This document shows, in pieces, positions 28,000 to 38,113 of a stretch of 64,000 nt of DNA. Position 1 is the first letter of the stretch. Each line of letters starts with the position of its first letter. The DNA comes from an uncultured Gammaproteobacteria bacterium (GTDB lineage: Bacteria; Patescibacteriota; Patescibacteriia; Magasanikbacterales; GWA2-37-8): contig CAYHBZ010000001.1 in assembly GCA_964355175.1 (NCBI GenBank), positions 439,400 through 503,399 on the forward strand, given 5' to 3'. A program made the translations under genes and the position numbers. A model generated the notes under the pieces. It was not told the DNA's origin, ran no database searches, and saw nothing but the letters and a program-made list of their open reading frames with translations.

Positions 28000-29082
28000 A
28001 TGGCTATTTCTGAAATCATCGATAAACAGATGCCCTCCCTTACTGAGTGGCTAGAGCAGGCCGGATTTAAACAGTCTCAAGAATTCCGCCAAGAAGATAA
28101 TTCAAAGCGTGATCGTTTGGAAATTCTATTTCAAACTACCGGCTTGGCCTATGATCGACCAGCCAAATTTAGCGCACTGGAATTAAAGAATAGAGAACAA
28201 AAATTTACAGAGTTTTTTGATCAAGCCGGTGATAAATTGTGCGCATTAAGATTAATACCACTGACAGCAGAATTACCAAAACTACGCGTTCGTGGAAAAA
28301 CTTTAAAAGAAAATTTACACTGGTTTGACGAACAAAATATTGATGTGGAGAAATATAAAGTAGAGGTGGTTCCACACAGCGGCCATGACCAATTTTCTGC
28401 CACTTTTTTAATCAACGACCACGGCGTAGTAGGAGAAATTGTGCAAGGATTACACTGGCAACTCACCCAAGGCCTGCACGAAAACGAACCTACTTATTTC
28501 AATTTTGACTTTAATAACTGGAATTTTTCTAAAGAAGACAACGAAGCCATAAAATGGTTAAAACAGGCCGTGTCTTCTTTACAAATCACCAAGGATAAAC
28601 AAAATTTAATCCAACAGCAATTATCCGCCGAATTTACCTCTCAAAATTATTTAAAGGGATACTTTGAATTTGTTGTCTGGCCGGATAATAAAATTTATTT
28701 TATAGATTATAATCGAATAATCTATAAATCTTTAAAGGACTTAAAAAGTCATAATTTATCGCCACTCTCTTCTCTATCCGGGATATGCGCTAGCCCAGGA
28801 AAAGTTTCCGGTCTAGCAAAAATAATCTTGGATCCAAAAAATTCCAGCCTAAACGACGGGGATATTTTAATTTGTTCTATGACTATGATTGAATATGTGC
28901 CTCTCATGAAAAAATCCGGTGGGATCATCACAGCCCAAGGGAATATTTTATCCCATGCCGCGATTGTAGCGCGAGAATTAGGAAAGCCTTGTTTGGTAGG
29001 AGTTAAGGACATTTTAACAAAAATAAAAGATGGACAAAATATCACTTTGGATACCGACCAGGGACTGATAATTTTGAACTAA
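28000..29082 (+). CDS. PEP-utilizing phosphohistidine-swivel domain protein (more acidic paralog)
   Basis: ASPGKVSG, GDILIC, GNILSHAAIVARELGKP; full-length homolog of the preceding gene. Confidence 0.85.
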   Translation: MAISEIIDKQMPSLTEWLEQAGFKQSQEFRQEDNSKRDRLEILFQTTGLAYDRPAKFSALELKNREQKFTEFFDQAGDKLCALRLIPLTAELPKLRVRGKTLKENLHWFDEQNIDVEKYKVEVVPHSGHDQFSATFLINDHGVVGEIVQGLHWQLTQGLHENEPTYFNFDFNNWNFSKEDNEAIKWLKQAVSSLQITKDKQNLIQQQLSAEFTSQNYLKGYFEFVVWPDNKIYFIDYNRIIYKSLKDLKSHNLSPLSSLSGICASPGKVSGLAKIILDPKNSSLNDGDILICSMTMIEYVPLMKKSGGIITAQGNILSHAAIVARELGKPCLVGVKDILTKIKDGQNITLDTDQGLIILN

Positions 29083-29168
29083 TTTTAGCCTAAAATCAAA
29101 GAAAAAATAGCTATTGGCAATAATAGCTATTTTTGTTAAAATAACCACTATAATTAGCTATTAATTTT

Positions 29169-29660
29169 ATGACTGAAGCACAATACCGTCGTCCCACTTG
29201 GGATGAATATTTCATGGAGGTTTGCCGGGCTGTTGCCAAACGCGCCACTTGTGACCGCGGCCGTAGCGGATGTGTGATTGCCCGAAACAAACAAATCTTG
29301 GTCTCAGGCTACGTAGGCTCACCCAAAGGACTACCCCACTGTGACGAAGTCGGCCACCAGATGAAAACCATGACTCACGAAGACGGCCGCCAGACCCAAC
29401 ACTGCGTCCGCACGGCCCACGCCGAACAAAATGCCATTATCCAAGCCGCCAAAGTGGGTGTCGCGATTAGCGGCGCCACTCTTTATTGCAAAATGACCCC
29501 CTGTGCCGTCTGTGCCAAAATGATCATCAACTCCGGAGTAAAAAAAGTAATCTGCGAAAAACGCTATCATGCCGGCGAAGAAAGCGAAGAGATGTTCCGC
29601 AATGTAGATGTAGAATTGGTTTTTTTTGATGAGAGCGTAGAACAATATTCCAAACAATAA
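29169..29660 (+). CDS. dCMP deaminase (ComEB family)
   Basis: RPTWDEYFM, RATC.R, HAEQNAI, TPCAVCAK. Confidence 0.93.
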   Translation: MTEAQYRRPTWDEYFMEVCRAVAKRATCDRGRSGCVIARNKQILVSGYVGSPKGLPHCDEVGHQMKTMTHEDGRQTQHCVRTAHAEQNAIIQAAKVGVAISGATLYCKMTPCAVCAKMIINSGVKKVICEKRYHAGEESEEMFRNVDVELVFFDESVEQYSKQ

Positions 29661-29661
29661 T

Positions 29662-30213
29662 ATGGCAAAATTGATTATCGGAATTATCGGCGAAAATGCT
29701 TCAGGCAAAACTACGGCTACCGAATATCTAAAAAATAAATTCAACGCCATTACTTTTCGTTTTTCCGATATGCTGGGCGATATTTTGAAAAGAATGTATA
29801 TCGAGCCGACCAGAGCCAACTTCCAACTATTATCTACGATATTACGTCAAAATTTTAGCGAAGACATAATGTCCACCGTCATTGCCCAGGATGCCAAAAA
29901 CGCCGCCGCCGATGTAATTATCACTGAAGGGGTGCGCCGTCCGAGCGATGTAATACACTTACGCGAGCTTTCCAATTTTATTTTGATCTATATTAAAACC
30001 GACGAACGCGTGCGCTTTGACCGCCTGGCTAATCGTGGCGAAAAACCCGATGATGCCACCAAAACCTGGGAAGAATTTCAGGCCGAAGGCCAACAAGAAT
30101 CCGAACAAAAAATATTGGAAATTGCCGCCGAAGCCAATTATATTGTCGATAATAACGCCAGTTTAAAGAACACCTATTCTCTACTGGATACTATCGTCGC
30201 CAAATATCTTTAA
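29662..30213 (+). CDS. P-loop nucleotide kinase (dephospho-CoA kinase/dNMP kinase-like)
   Basis: IIGIIGENASGKTT, EGVR, ANYIVDNN. Confidence 0.8.
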   Translation: MAKLIIGIIGENASGKTTATEYLKNKFNAITFRFSDMLGDILKRMYIEPTRANFQLLSTILRQNFSEDIMSTVIAQDAKNAAADVIITEGVRRPSDVIHLRELSNFILIYIKTDERVRFDRLANRGEKPDDATKTWEEFQAEGQQESEQKILEIAAEANYIVDNNASLKNTYSLLDTIVAKYL

Positions 30214-30216
30214 ATT

Positions 30217-30648
30217 ATGCAAGTAAAAATCAAGCGCCTGGAAAAATCCCTTCCCCTACCAAAATACCACACCGATGGCTCGGCTGGTTTTGATTTTTAT
30301 GCCGCGCAAGATGTCACTATCACTCCCAAAGAAATCGCCCGCATCCCTACCGGCTTAATCATTGGCACGCCACCCGGATATTTTTTGGCAGTTATAAATC
30401 GCTCCAGTATGCCCCAAAAAAAGGGGCTATCTATGCCCAATGGTGTCGGCGTGATAGATAGCGATTATTGTGGAGAAACTGATGAAATAAAAGTACTAAT
30501 GTATAATTTTACCGAACAACCGGTAACTATTGAAAAAGGTGAACGCATCGCCCAAGGTTTATTTCTAAAGGTAGACCAAGGCGTATGGGAAGAAACGGAA
30601 ACAATGAACGAAGAATCGCGCGGCGGATTTGGGTCTACCGGTAACTAG
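30217..30648 (+). CDS. dut: dUTP diphosphatase
   Basis: SAGFD, RSS, GVIDSDY.GE, RIAQ, RGGFGSTG. Confidence 0.96.
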   Translation: MQVKIKRLEKSLPLPKYHTDGSAGFDFYAAQDVTITPKEIARIPTGLIIGTPPGYFLAVINRSSMPQKKGLSMPNGVGVIDSDYCGETDEIKVLMYNFTEQPVTIEKGERIAQGLFLKVDQGVWEETETMNEESRGGFGSTGN

Positions 30649-30694
30649 CCATATATATAAGCTATCAAGGCTCATGCGGTAATTTTTTAAAAAT

Positions 30695-30865
30695 ATGAAA
30701 TTGGATTTTACAAAAAAGGCCAACGAACTAGCCTGGGCTTTGAAAAAATTTTTCAAAAAAGAAGAATCTATTCAAAAAGACAGTCGCGCACTAATAAAAG
30801 ATGCCTTGAATAAAAACAATACTAAAAAAATTGAAGATACAAAAAATAAAATAAAAGAATTATAA
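30695..30865 (+). CDS. Small hypothetical protein (56 aa, not in the ORF track)
   Basis: MKLDFTKKANELAWALKKFF...KIKEL*; fills the gap and ends 4 bp before the next start. Confidence 0.55.
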   Translation: MKLDFTKKANELAWALKKFFKKEESIQKDSRALIKDALNKNNTKKIEDTKNKIKEL

Positions 30866-30869
30866 TAAT

Positions 30870-32558
30870 ATGTCTGAACACGGACACTCTCACGAACATC
30901 AGGCTCCCAAAAAACCCAAAACCGAATCATACTTGCCGATAAAAAAAGACACTCCCGTGCCTAGAAAAAAATTAGGGGACAAACTGCGCAATTTTTTTAG
31001 TTTTCACAAATCAGAAAATCCTCAGCTGGAAGAAATTAATTTTTTCAAACATGAATTATTGGACAACAAAGATGCTCTGCTATCCGAGATAAACAACACT
31101 ATTCATAATGAGGCGAGCGCGGTAGCCAATGATATAAAAAATCAAATAAAGATTGTTCATAAGATGTTGGAAAATGGAATGATAAACGGAAAACAAGCCC
31201 AGGAGCTGTCCGAGGCTCTTACCGTGAAACTTCAAGAGGCCAAGGAAGCCGAACAAGCCGTAATAAGCGAACTGACTAGAATAGATCCGGATTTTAACAG
31301 CCATACCGCTCCTCAAGTCAAAGAAAAAAAATCAGCTGAAAAAAGATACAAAAGAGCTTCTGAAATTTTTGCCGCTATCCAAAAAGGTGAAATTATGACC
31401 GCCGATATTTTGACCAAAGAAGAAAAACAGCTAATGATAAATACCCTCACCGAAAAATATAAGGATTTCTCAAATTCCTTTCGACCTCAAGGACAACAAC
31501 CTTACGATGCAGACAAAAGCTACAATAATATAAAAGACGATTCCGAACATGAATATGAATTTTATCTGGATTTGGCCAACCGTATTGGTTTTGATGGAAG
31601 ACTTGATATTTCCAAAAAAGAAAAACCGGCTACCTACACCATGATTATTACCGGACAAAAAAGAAAAAAGGTACCATCTGAAAACCAATCTGCTCCAGCA
31701 AAGCATGATAGCGATAGCCAACCTCACGGCCATGCCAAAGCGGCCGAAGCTCATACCACTCATCCAGCTCCTGTCCACGACAAACATAGCGCTCCAGCCA
31801 TTGTCACTGGTCCACATGAAAGCCATTCTGGCGGCGGTGTAGCTCATGACAAGCCCGATCATCCAGCCAAAGAAGAAAAACCAGAACACGCTCCTGCCCC
31901 AGCCGAAAAAACACCTGACCATACCCACACCGAACCTCCTAAACACGGTCATGGACATGAGACTGAACCGTCCAAACCGAAAACCGACCACCACGCTGAA
32001 AAAGTTGACCACAAACCCGAAACAAAAAAATCAGAACAACTACTTGCGGAAAAATTACGTACCGGTGATCATTTTGTAATCTTAAGAATCGTAAATGCCA
32101 TTTCAAATAAAGAGATTAACAAAGAAAATGTAAATTTTGTACTAAATGAATTGGTATTTAAAGATAAAGTTTTCCCTCAACCTGATAAAATTGTCAGATA
32201 CCTGGTATACAAATCTCTAAAATTAAAAGATTTTGAACTAGCCAAACAAATTGCCGAACTGGGCGACGATGAGGCTCAAAAAGAAATGAATAGAAGTTTG
32301 GTAAAAACAACCGAACTAATCAAAACCGGTCAACTCAATACACCTGAGCAAATCAGACAAAATATCGACGCTATTGCCGATGACAAATTGCGCGATGACA
32401 TTATCATCATAGCGCTCGACAGCATCGCCAAAGTTAATACTGATTTAGCCAAAGAATATTTTGGTAAAATTAGTAGCGAAAGTGCCAAAAATGAGGCTTT
32501 ACTGACATTGTCCGCCGAAAATTCCGATCTGGCAAAAGAATTACGAGCCAACAATTAA
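30870..32558 (+). CDS. Hypothetical protein with His/Pro-rich central linker and helical domains
   Basis: 562 aa ORF; His-rich N-terminus and low-complexity middle. Confidence 0.8.
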   Translation: MSEHGHSHEHQAPKKPKTESYLPIKKDTPVPRKKLGDKLRNFFSFHKSENPQLEEINFFKHELLDNKDALLSEINNTIHNEASAVANDIKNQIKIVHKMLENGMINGKQAQELSEALTVKLQEAKEAEQAVISELTRIDPDFNSHTAPQVKEKKSAEKRYKRASEIFAAIQKGEIMTADILTKEEKQLMINTLTEKYKDFSNSFRPQGQQPYDADKSYNNIKDDSEHEYEFYLDLANRIGFDGRLDISKKEKPATYTMIITGQKRKKVPSENQSAPAKHDSDSQPHGHAKAAEAHTTHPAPVHDKHSAPAIVTGPHESHSGGGVAHDKPDHPAKEEKPEHAPAPAEKTPDHTHTEPPKHGHGHETEPSKPKTDHHAEKVDHKPETKKSEQLLAEKLRTGDHFVILRIVNAISNKEINKENVNFVLNELVFKDKVFPQPDKIVRYLVYKSLKLKDFELAKQIAELGDDEAQKEMNRSLVKTTELIKTGQLNTPEQIRQNIDAIADDKLRDDIIIIALDSIAKVNTDLAKEYFGKISSESAKNEALLTLSAENSDLAKELRANN

Positions 32559-32583
32559 AACTAAAAACGCGAATAATAACCAT

Positions 32584-33456
32584 ATGCAGAACTACCTAGA
32601 TATTGTACAAAAAGTTTTGGCTGAAGGAGTGCAAAAAAATAACCGCACCGGTACCGATGCCCTATCTATCGCCGGCGCTATCTTTGAACACGACATGAGT
32701 TTGGGCTTTCCCCTGCTCACTACCAAAAAAATGCCTCATAAAATAATCGCCTCCGAATTGGAATTTTTTATCAAAGGCATTACCGACAAAACTTGGCTCC
32801 AAGAAAGAAACAACCACATCTGGGATGAATGGGCCTATCCAAAAAAAGCACCCTACGGTCATGACGAAGCCGCCCAGAAAAAAATGAAAGAAGAAAGAGA
32901 CTTGGGCCCTATCTATGGCTTCCAATGGCGTCATTACAATGCTCCTTATTATAGTTTTAATGCCGACTACACCAACCAAGGCGTGGATCAATTCCAGCGT
33001 CTGGTAGACAAGCTCAAAAGCGACCCCAACGATCGCCGCATGATCGTAATGGCCTGGAATCCTTTGGCTTTGCAAGATATGGCCTTGCCTCCTTGCCATT
33101 ATGGCTTTCAGGTTACGGTAATAAAAAACAAATTAAATTTGCTTTGGAACCAACGCTCGGTGGACACTATGCTTGGTCTGCCTTTTAATATCGCCAGCTA
33201 CGCCACCTTACTACACCTCCTGGCCAAAGAAACTGGCTATGAAGAAGGAAAATTGGTAGGCTTTTTGGCCGATGTGCATATTTATATAAATCATCTCGAC
33301 GGCGCGCGCGAACAGCTCACTCGCGATCCAAACACCTATCCTTTGCCAAAAATTATTACTGAAAATTTCACTTCAATTTTTGATTGGCAATATACCGATA
33401 CCAAAATTGAAGGCTACCAAAGTTACCCTCGCATCGAATTACCAATTGCTGTCTAA
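32584..33456 (+). CDS. thyA: Thymidylate synthase
   Basis: RTG, FPLLTTK, LGPIYGFQWR, LPPCH, QRSVD, PFNIASY. Confidence 0.97.
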   Translation: MQNYLDIVQKVLAEGVQKNNRTGTDALSIAGAIFEHDMSLGFPLLTTKKMPHKIIASELEFFIKGITDKTWLQERNNHIWDEWAYPKKAPYGHDEAAQKKMKEERDLGPIYGFQWRHYNAPYYSFNADYTNQGVDQFQRLVDKLKSDPNDRRMIVMAWNPLALQDMALPPCHYGFQVTVIKNKLNLLWNQRSVDTMLGLPFNIASYATLLHLLAKETGYEEGKLVGFLADVHIYINHLDGAREQLTRDPNTYPLPKIITENFTSIFDWQYTDTKIEGYQSYPRIELPIAV

Positions 33457-33458
33457 AT

Positions 33459-33932
33459 ATGTTTTCTCTCATTGCCGCTATCGCCGAAAATAACTGTATC
33501 GGAAAAAATAATAAAATCCCCTGGAATATTCCGGAGGATTTTCAATATTTCAAAAGAATGACTCTGGGCAAAACCTGCGTCATGGGACAAGCGACTTTCG
33601 AATCCATCCTGGGCTACCTTGGTAAACCGTTGCCAGGACGCCAAAATGTAGTGGTAACTTCCAGAGCAGATTACTCCGCACCGGAAGGAGTATGGATTTT
33701 CCACTCTTTGGACGAAGTATTTGAAAAACTAAAAAACAAAGATGTTTTTATCTGCGGCGGGGCCAGTATTTATCACCAAACGATAGATAAAATGGATAAT
33801 TTATATATCACTCACATTCACCAGTCTTTTGACGGCGACACTTTTTTCCCGGAAATCAATAAAAATATTTGGAAAGAAACCAATCGTGATGACCGTGACG
33901 GTTTTTCTTTTGTCACTTACCAAAAAATTTAA
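33459..33932 (+). CDS. folA: Dihydrofolate reductase
   Basis: IG..NKIPW.IPED..FK, PLPGRQN, CGGASIY, GDTFFP. Confidence 0.95.
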   Translation: MFSLIAAIAENNCIGKNNKIPWNIPEDFQYFKRMTLGKTCVMGQATFESILGYLGKPLPGRQNVVVTSRADYSAPEGVWIFHSLDEVFEKLKNKDVFICGGASIYHQTIDKMDNLYITHIHQSFDGDTFFPEINKNIWKETNRDDRDGFSFVTYQKI

Positions 33933-33938
33933 ATCAAT

Positions 33939-34643
33939 ATGTTTATAATGATCGACGGTATAGATGGTGGCGGCAAAAGCACTATTATCGACGCTTGGAA
34001 AGAATATTTATCCAACCAAGGTAATGCTATTTTTGATTTAAAAAAATATTTTTTAGAAAATAACCGCTATCCGGAAATTTCCGAAATGGGTCATTATGAT
34101 TTTATTTTTTCAGCAGAGCCGACCCATACCGGAGTGGGCAAAATTTTACGCGACGAGTTGGCTAGCACCAAAAATAATTATCCGCCGGAAATTATTGCCG
34201 AAGCCCACTCGGTGGATCGCATGATTTTATACACCAAAGCAATTATTCCAGCCCTAAAAAATGACCGCATTGTGATTCAGGACCGTGGAATAAGCACTTC
34301 GCTAGCCTATCAACCTTGCCAGGATCCCGCTCTCACGGTGCAAAAAGTGTCTCAATATGCCGGCAATCGCCTGGCCACAGAATACCGACCGGATCATTTG
34401 GTAATCGTGGATATTGATCCACAAGTAGCCTATGACCGCCTCACCTCCCGACACGATAAACAGGATAATGCCGTTTTTGAAAAATTGGATTTCATGAAAA
34501 AATCTGTCGAAAAATTTAAAGACAATGAATTTAAAAACTTCTTTTTAGGATTAGGCACACAGCTTCATTATTTGTCGGGAGAGGAAAAAATTGATATAAT
34601 GAGAGGACAGGCTATAGACCTGCTAAAAACTATTTTAAAATGA
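33939..34643 (+). CDS. tmk: Thymidylate kinase
   Basis: DGIDGGGKST, EPT, DR..STSLAYQ, PD. Confidence 0.9.
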   Translation: MFIMIDGIDGGGKSTIIDAWKEYLSNQGNAIFDLKKYFLENNRYPEISEMGHYDFIFSAEPTHTGVGKILRDELASTKNNYPPEIIAEAHSVDRMILYTKAIIPALKNDRIVIQDRGISTSLAYQPCQDPALTVQKVSQYAGNRLATEYRPDHLVIVDIDPQVAYDRLTSRHDKQDNAVFEKLDFMKKSVEKFKDNEFKNFFLGLGTQLHYLSGEEKIDIMRGQAIDLLKTILK

Positions 34644-34647
34644 CACT

Positions 34648-35397
34648 ATGTTAATCTCGCTCTCCGAATTATTCGTCCAGAGTCTGGAGAAATATTCCAA
34701 ACACTTTGGCAAGACTCTTCCGTATTTGGCCGTATTACTCACCGCCTTTTTATTGCGCTATGGCGCCGGATATTTTGGGGTCTACCTTACTTTCAATACC
34801 CGCTTATCCAACAACGCTTCCGACTTCGTCGTTTTAGTTCTGCTAATTGTATTATTTGTATTAGGTTTTTGGGGTACAGCCGCCTTTACTAAAGTTGCTC
34901 AAAATGTAGATCAAAATCAACCTCTATTACCTTTCAAACAACAATTTTTATCCGTAAAAAAATATTTAGCGCCAGTGTTCTTTATTATTTTGGTAAATGT
35001 ATTTCTCATTGCGCTGGGCGGAATTTTATTATTTATCCCGGCCGTAATATTTTTTGTCTGGTATTACTTTAGTAACTATATCGTAATTTTTGAAGACAAA
35101 AAAGGACTTGGCACCTTGGCTGAAAGTAAAAATCTGGTAGTGGGCCGCTGGTGGCCAATGGCTTGGAGAATTGCCGTACCAAAAGCGGTCTTTTCGCTTG
35201 TTTCAGGTTTTTTAGCCAAAGCCATAATTGCTCTGTTTGTAATAATTTTTAGTCCTTCGCCGATTGTCTATGATCTAGCTTTTGAATTCATCGTCGGCTT
35301 GGTGGCTTTACTAATGCTTCCTCTCTTTGTCTGGCAAGATATTACCCTGTACTACAGCGCCAAAAAAACACCGACAAACACTCCTATCACCCAGTAA
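34648..35397 (+). CDS. Integral membrane protein
   Basis: About six hydrophobic helices; ...ESKNLVVGRWW motif typical of glycerophosphodiesterase-membrane-domain-like CPR proteins. Confidence 0.8.
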   Translation: MLISLSELFVQSLEKYSKHFGKTLPYLAVLLTAFLLRYGAGYFGVYLTFNTRLSNNASDFVVLVLLIVLFVLGFWGTAAFTKVAQNVDQNQPLLPFKQQFLSVKKYLAPVFFIILVNVFLIALGGILLFIPAVIFFVWYYFSNYIVIFEDKKGLGTLAESKNLVVGRWWPMAWRIAVPKAVFSLVSGFLAKAIIALFVIIFSPSPIVYDLAFEFIVGLVALLMLPLFVWQDITLYYSAKKTPTNTPITQ

Positions 35398-35480
35398 ATA
35401 CTCACTAAATCCCGATCTTATCGGGATTTTTTTATTCTTGCTAAAAAGAAAAGAAAGTGATAATATTGTCTAATAACAAT

Positions 35481-37031
35481 ATGCCTAAATATCTCCCTAT
35501 TATCGGTCTGGAAGTCCATGTAGAGCTCAAGACGAAGAGTAAAATGTTTTGTGCTTGCCCTAATTCTCCAGATTATGCCGCACCCAATACCAACATTTGT
35601 GAAATCTGCTTGGCTCATCCCGGGACTTTACCTTTACCCAACAAAGTGGCTATTGAAGCTACGGTAAAAATCGCCAAAGCTATCGGGTGCAGAGTAAATG
35701 AATTCTCCAAATTTGACCGTAAACATTATTTTTATCCGGACTTACCAAAAGCCTACCAGATCTCTCAGTATGACCTGCCTATTGGTGAGCACGGTGGCAT
35801 AAAACTAGAATTTTTACCTGGCAAAAATCACCGCGATACCGCTAAAGTCGGTATTACCCGTATCCATTTAGAAGAAGACACCGCCAAGCTCACTCACGGC
35901 AACGACGGCTCTACTTTGGTAGATTTCAACCGCGCCGGAGTACCGCTGGCTGAAATCGTATCCGACCCGGATGTGCAGAGCGCCTTGGAAGCCAAAACCT
36001 ACTGCCAAGAATTACAGACAATTTTGCGCTATTTGGAAGTGAGCGACGCCGACATGGAGCGCGGCCATATGCGCTGTGAAGTGAATATCTCTATCCAAGA
36101 AGAAGGTAAATTTGAAATCGTGGATGGCGTGATCAAACCAATCGGTAATTATCAACTAAATAATAAAATAGAAGTAAAAAATATCAATTCTTTTCGCGCG
36201 GTAGAAAAAGCGATTGACTACGAAACTATTCGCCAGACTGAAATGATCAAAAAAGGTGAAACCTGGGGACCAGAAACTCGTGGTTGGAACGACGAAAAAA
36301 GCCAAACCGTATTACAGCGCGTAAAAGAATCCGCCGCTGACTATCGTTATTTCCCCGAGCCAGATATTCCTCCTTTTCATCCTCTCAAAATTGCTTTGAG
36401 TACCAGCATGCCTGAATTACCTAGCGCCCGCCGTAGCCGTTTTCACAGTGAATATGGCTTTTCTTGGGCTGACGCTCAAATTCTGACTGCCGACAAAGAC
36501 TGGGCCAATTTTACCGAAGAAGTTTATAGCGAATTATTAAATTGGATAAATGATTTAAAGAATTCAAATTTAAAAAATACTCAAAACACGGTTGGCTCTT
36601 CTACCCAGCTGGCTAAACTAGCCGGCGGCTATCTAACCACCAAATTAGCCGGTGCCATGTCCGAAAGAAAAATTGATATTAAAATCCTAAAAATCAAACC
36701 AGAAAATTTTGCTGAATTAATCGCTTTGGTTTTCACCGATCGCCTCAATTCCACCAACGCCCAAAAGGTACTCGCTGATATGCTCGACAGCAATACGGAT
36801 ATTGACCCTACTCATATCATGGAAGAAAAAGGATATGGCCAGATTGCCGACGAAGGCCAACTCAGCGCAATAGTGGACGAAGTAATAAAAAATAATCCAG
36901 TCCAAGTAGAACAATTTAAAGCCGGCAAAGAGCCGCTAATGCAGTTCCTCAAAGGCATGGTAATGAAGGCCACCGAAGGCAGTGCCGATCCGGCGGTAGC
37001 GGAAAAATTACTCCGAGAAAAGCTCAAATAA
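35481..37031 (+). CDS. gatB: Asp/Glu-tRNA amidotransferase subunit B
   Basis: IGLEVHVEL, HPGTLP, RKHYFYPDLPK, HLEED, DFNRAG, DYRYFPEPD. Confidence 0.98.
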   Translation: MPKYLPIIGLEVHVELKTKSKMFCACPNSPDYAAPNTNICEICLAHPGTLPLPNKVAIEATVKIAKAIGCRVNEFSKFDRKHYFYPDLPKAYQISQYDLPIGEHGGIKLEFLPGKNHRDTAKVGITRIHLEEDTAKLTHGNDGSTLVDFNRAGVPLAEIVSDPDVQSALEAKTYCQELQTILRYLEVSDADMERGHMRCEVNISIQEEGKFEIVDGVIKPIGNYQLNNKIEVKNINSFRAVEKAIDYETIRQTEMIKKGETWGPETRGWNDEKSQTVLQRVKESAADYRYFPEPDIPPFHPLKIALSTSMPELPSARRSRFHSEYGFSWADAQILTADKDWANFTEEVYSELLNWINDLKNSNLKNTQNTVGSSTQLAKLAGGYLTTKLAGAMSERKIDIKILKIKPENFAELIALVFTDRLNSTNAQKVLADMLDSNTDIDPTHIMEEKGYGQIADEGQLSAIVDEVIKNNPVQVEQFKAGKEPLMQFLKGMVMKATEGSADPAVAEKLLREKLK

Positions 37032-37048
37032 TTATGCACAGCCGTCAG

Positions 37049-37077
37049 TTGTCAACCACTAGAAAGAATGTTAATAT
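37049..37077 (+). promoter_or_regulatory. Promoter of the pyr operon
   Basis: TTGTCA-17-TAATAT with extended TG. Confidence 0.65.
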
Positions 37078-37087
37078 GAGTGGAAAT

Positions 37088-37156
37088 ATGATCAAATTTT
37101 TTACCAAAATTTATTTTCATTAATAATCGGCCACCCGTAATTGGGTGGCTTTTTTT
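37088..37156 (+). promoter_or_regulatory. Candidate pyr attenuator: U-rich 11-codon leader ORF plus intrinsic terminator
   Basis: ATG 37088..TAA 37123 (MIKFFTKIYFH); hairpin GCCACCCG TAAT TGGGTGGC plus T7 at 37130-37156, 15 nt before pyrB. Confidence 0.6.
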
Positions 37157-37171
37157 AAACAATTTAAACCT

Positions 37172-38107
37172 ATGGCCACGAACCTCACAGGCAGAGACAT
37201 CATCTCGATAAAAGAAATAGGCAAAAACGAAATCTTGGCGGTTTTAAAAAATGCCAAACAATTAAAAAAGAACCCCCAACCACAACTCCTAAAAAATAAA
37301 GTAATGGCCAGTTGTTTTTTTGAGCCTTCTACTCGCACCCGCCTTTCCTTTGAGAGTGCCATGCAACATTTGGGCGGCTCCGTAATAGGATTTGCCGATC
37401 CGGGCGTCACCTCCACTAAAAAAGGTGAGACTTTGTACGACTCTATAAAAATCATCGGACAATACGCCGATGTCGTAGCTATGCGTCACCCAATGGAAGG
37501 TGCCGCCCGCCGCGCTTCCGATGCTACCGACAAACCAATCTTGAACGGCGGCGACGGTGCCAACCAACATCCAACCCAAACTCTGCTGGATTTATTTACT
37601 ATCCAAGAATGTCAAAAAAAATTAGAGGGGTTGGATATCGCCCTAGTCGGTGATCTAAAATATGGCCGTACTACTCACTCCCTAGCTCAAGCATTGATAC
37701 ATTTTGGCGCGCACTTATATTTTGTGGCGCCCGATTCATTACAAATGCCGGAATATATTTGTGAAGAATTAAAAGAAAATAAAGTGAAATTCTCCCTGCA
37801 TTCCAAAATTGAAGAAGTAATAAACAAAGTAGACATACTATATATGACACGCATTCAAGGCGAACGTTTTGCCGATCCAATGGAATATGAAAAAATAAAA
37901 AATGTCTTTGTGCTCAATGCTAAAATGCTAGAAAAATCTCGTTCTAATATGCGGGTCTTACACCCTCTACCAAGAGTAAACGAAATTACCACTGACGTAG
38001 ACAAAACCAAACATGCCTACTATTTTGAACAAGCGGAGAATGGCTTATATGTGCGCCAGGCCCTTTTAGCGATGGTGCTCGGCAAATTAACTAATACCCT
38101 TAGATAA
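37172..38107 (+). CDS. pyrB: Aspartate carbamoyltransferase catalytic subunit
   Basis: [31 protein letters not shown]. Confidence 0.97.
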   Translation: MATNLTGRDIISIKEIGKNEILAVLKNAKQLKKNPQPQLLKNKVMASCFFEPSTRTRLSFESAMQHLGGSVIGFADPGVTSTKKGETLYDSIKIIGQYADVVAMRHPMEGAARRASDATDKPILNGGDGANQHPTQTLLDLFTIQECQKKLEGLDIALVGDLKYGRTTHSLAQALIHFGAHLYFVAPDSLQMPEYICEELKENKVKFSLHSKIEEVINKVDILYMTRIQGERFADPMEYEKIKNVFVLNAKMLEKSRSNMRVLHPLPRVNEITTDVDKTKHAYYFEQAENGLYVRQALLAMVLGKLTNTLR

Positions 38108-38113
38108 TTTTGT

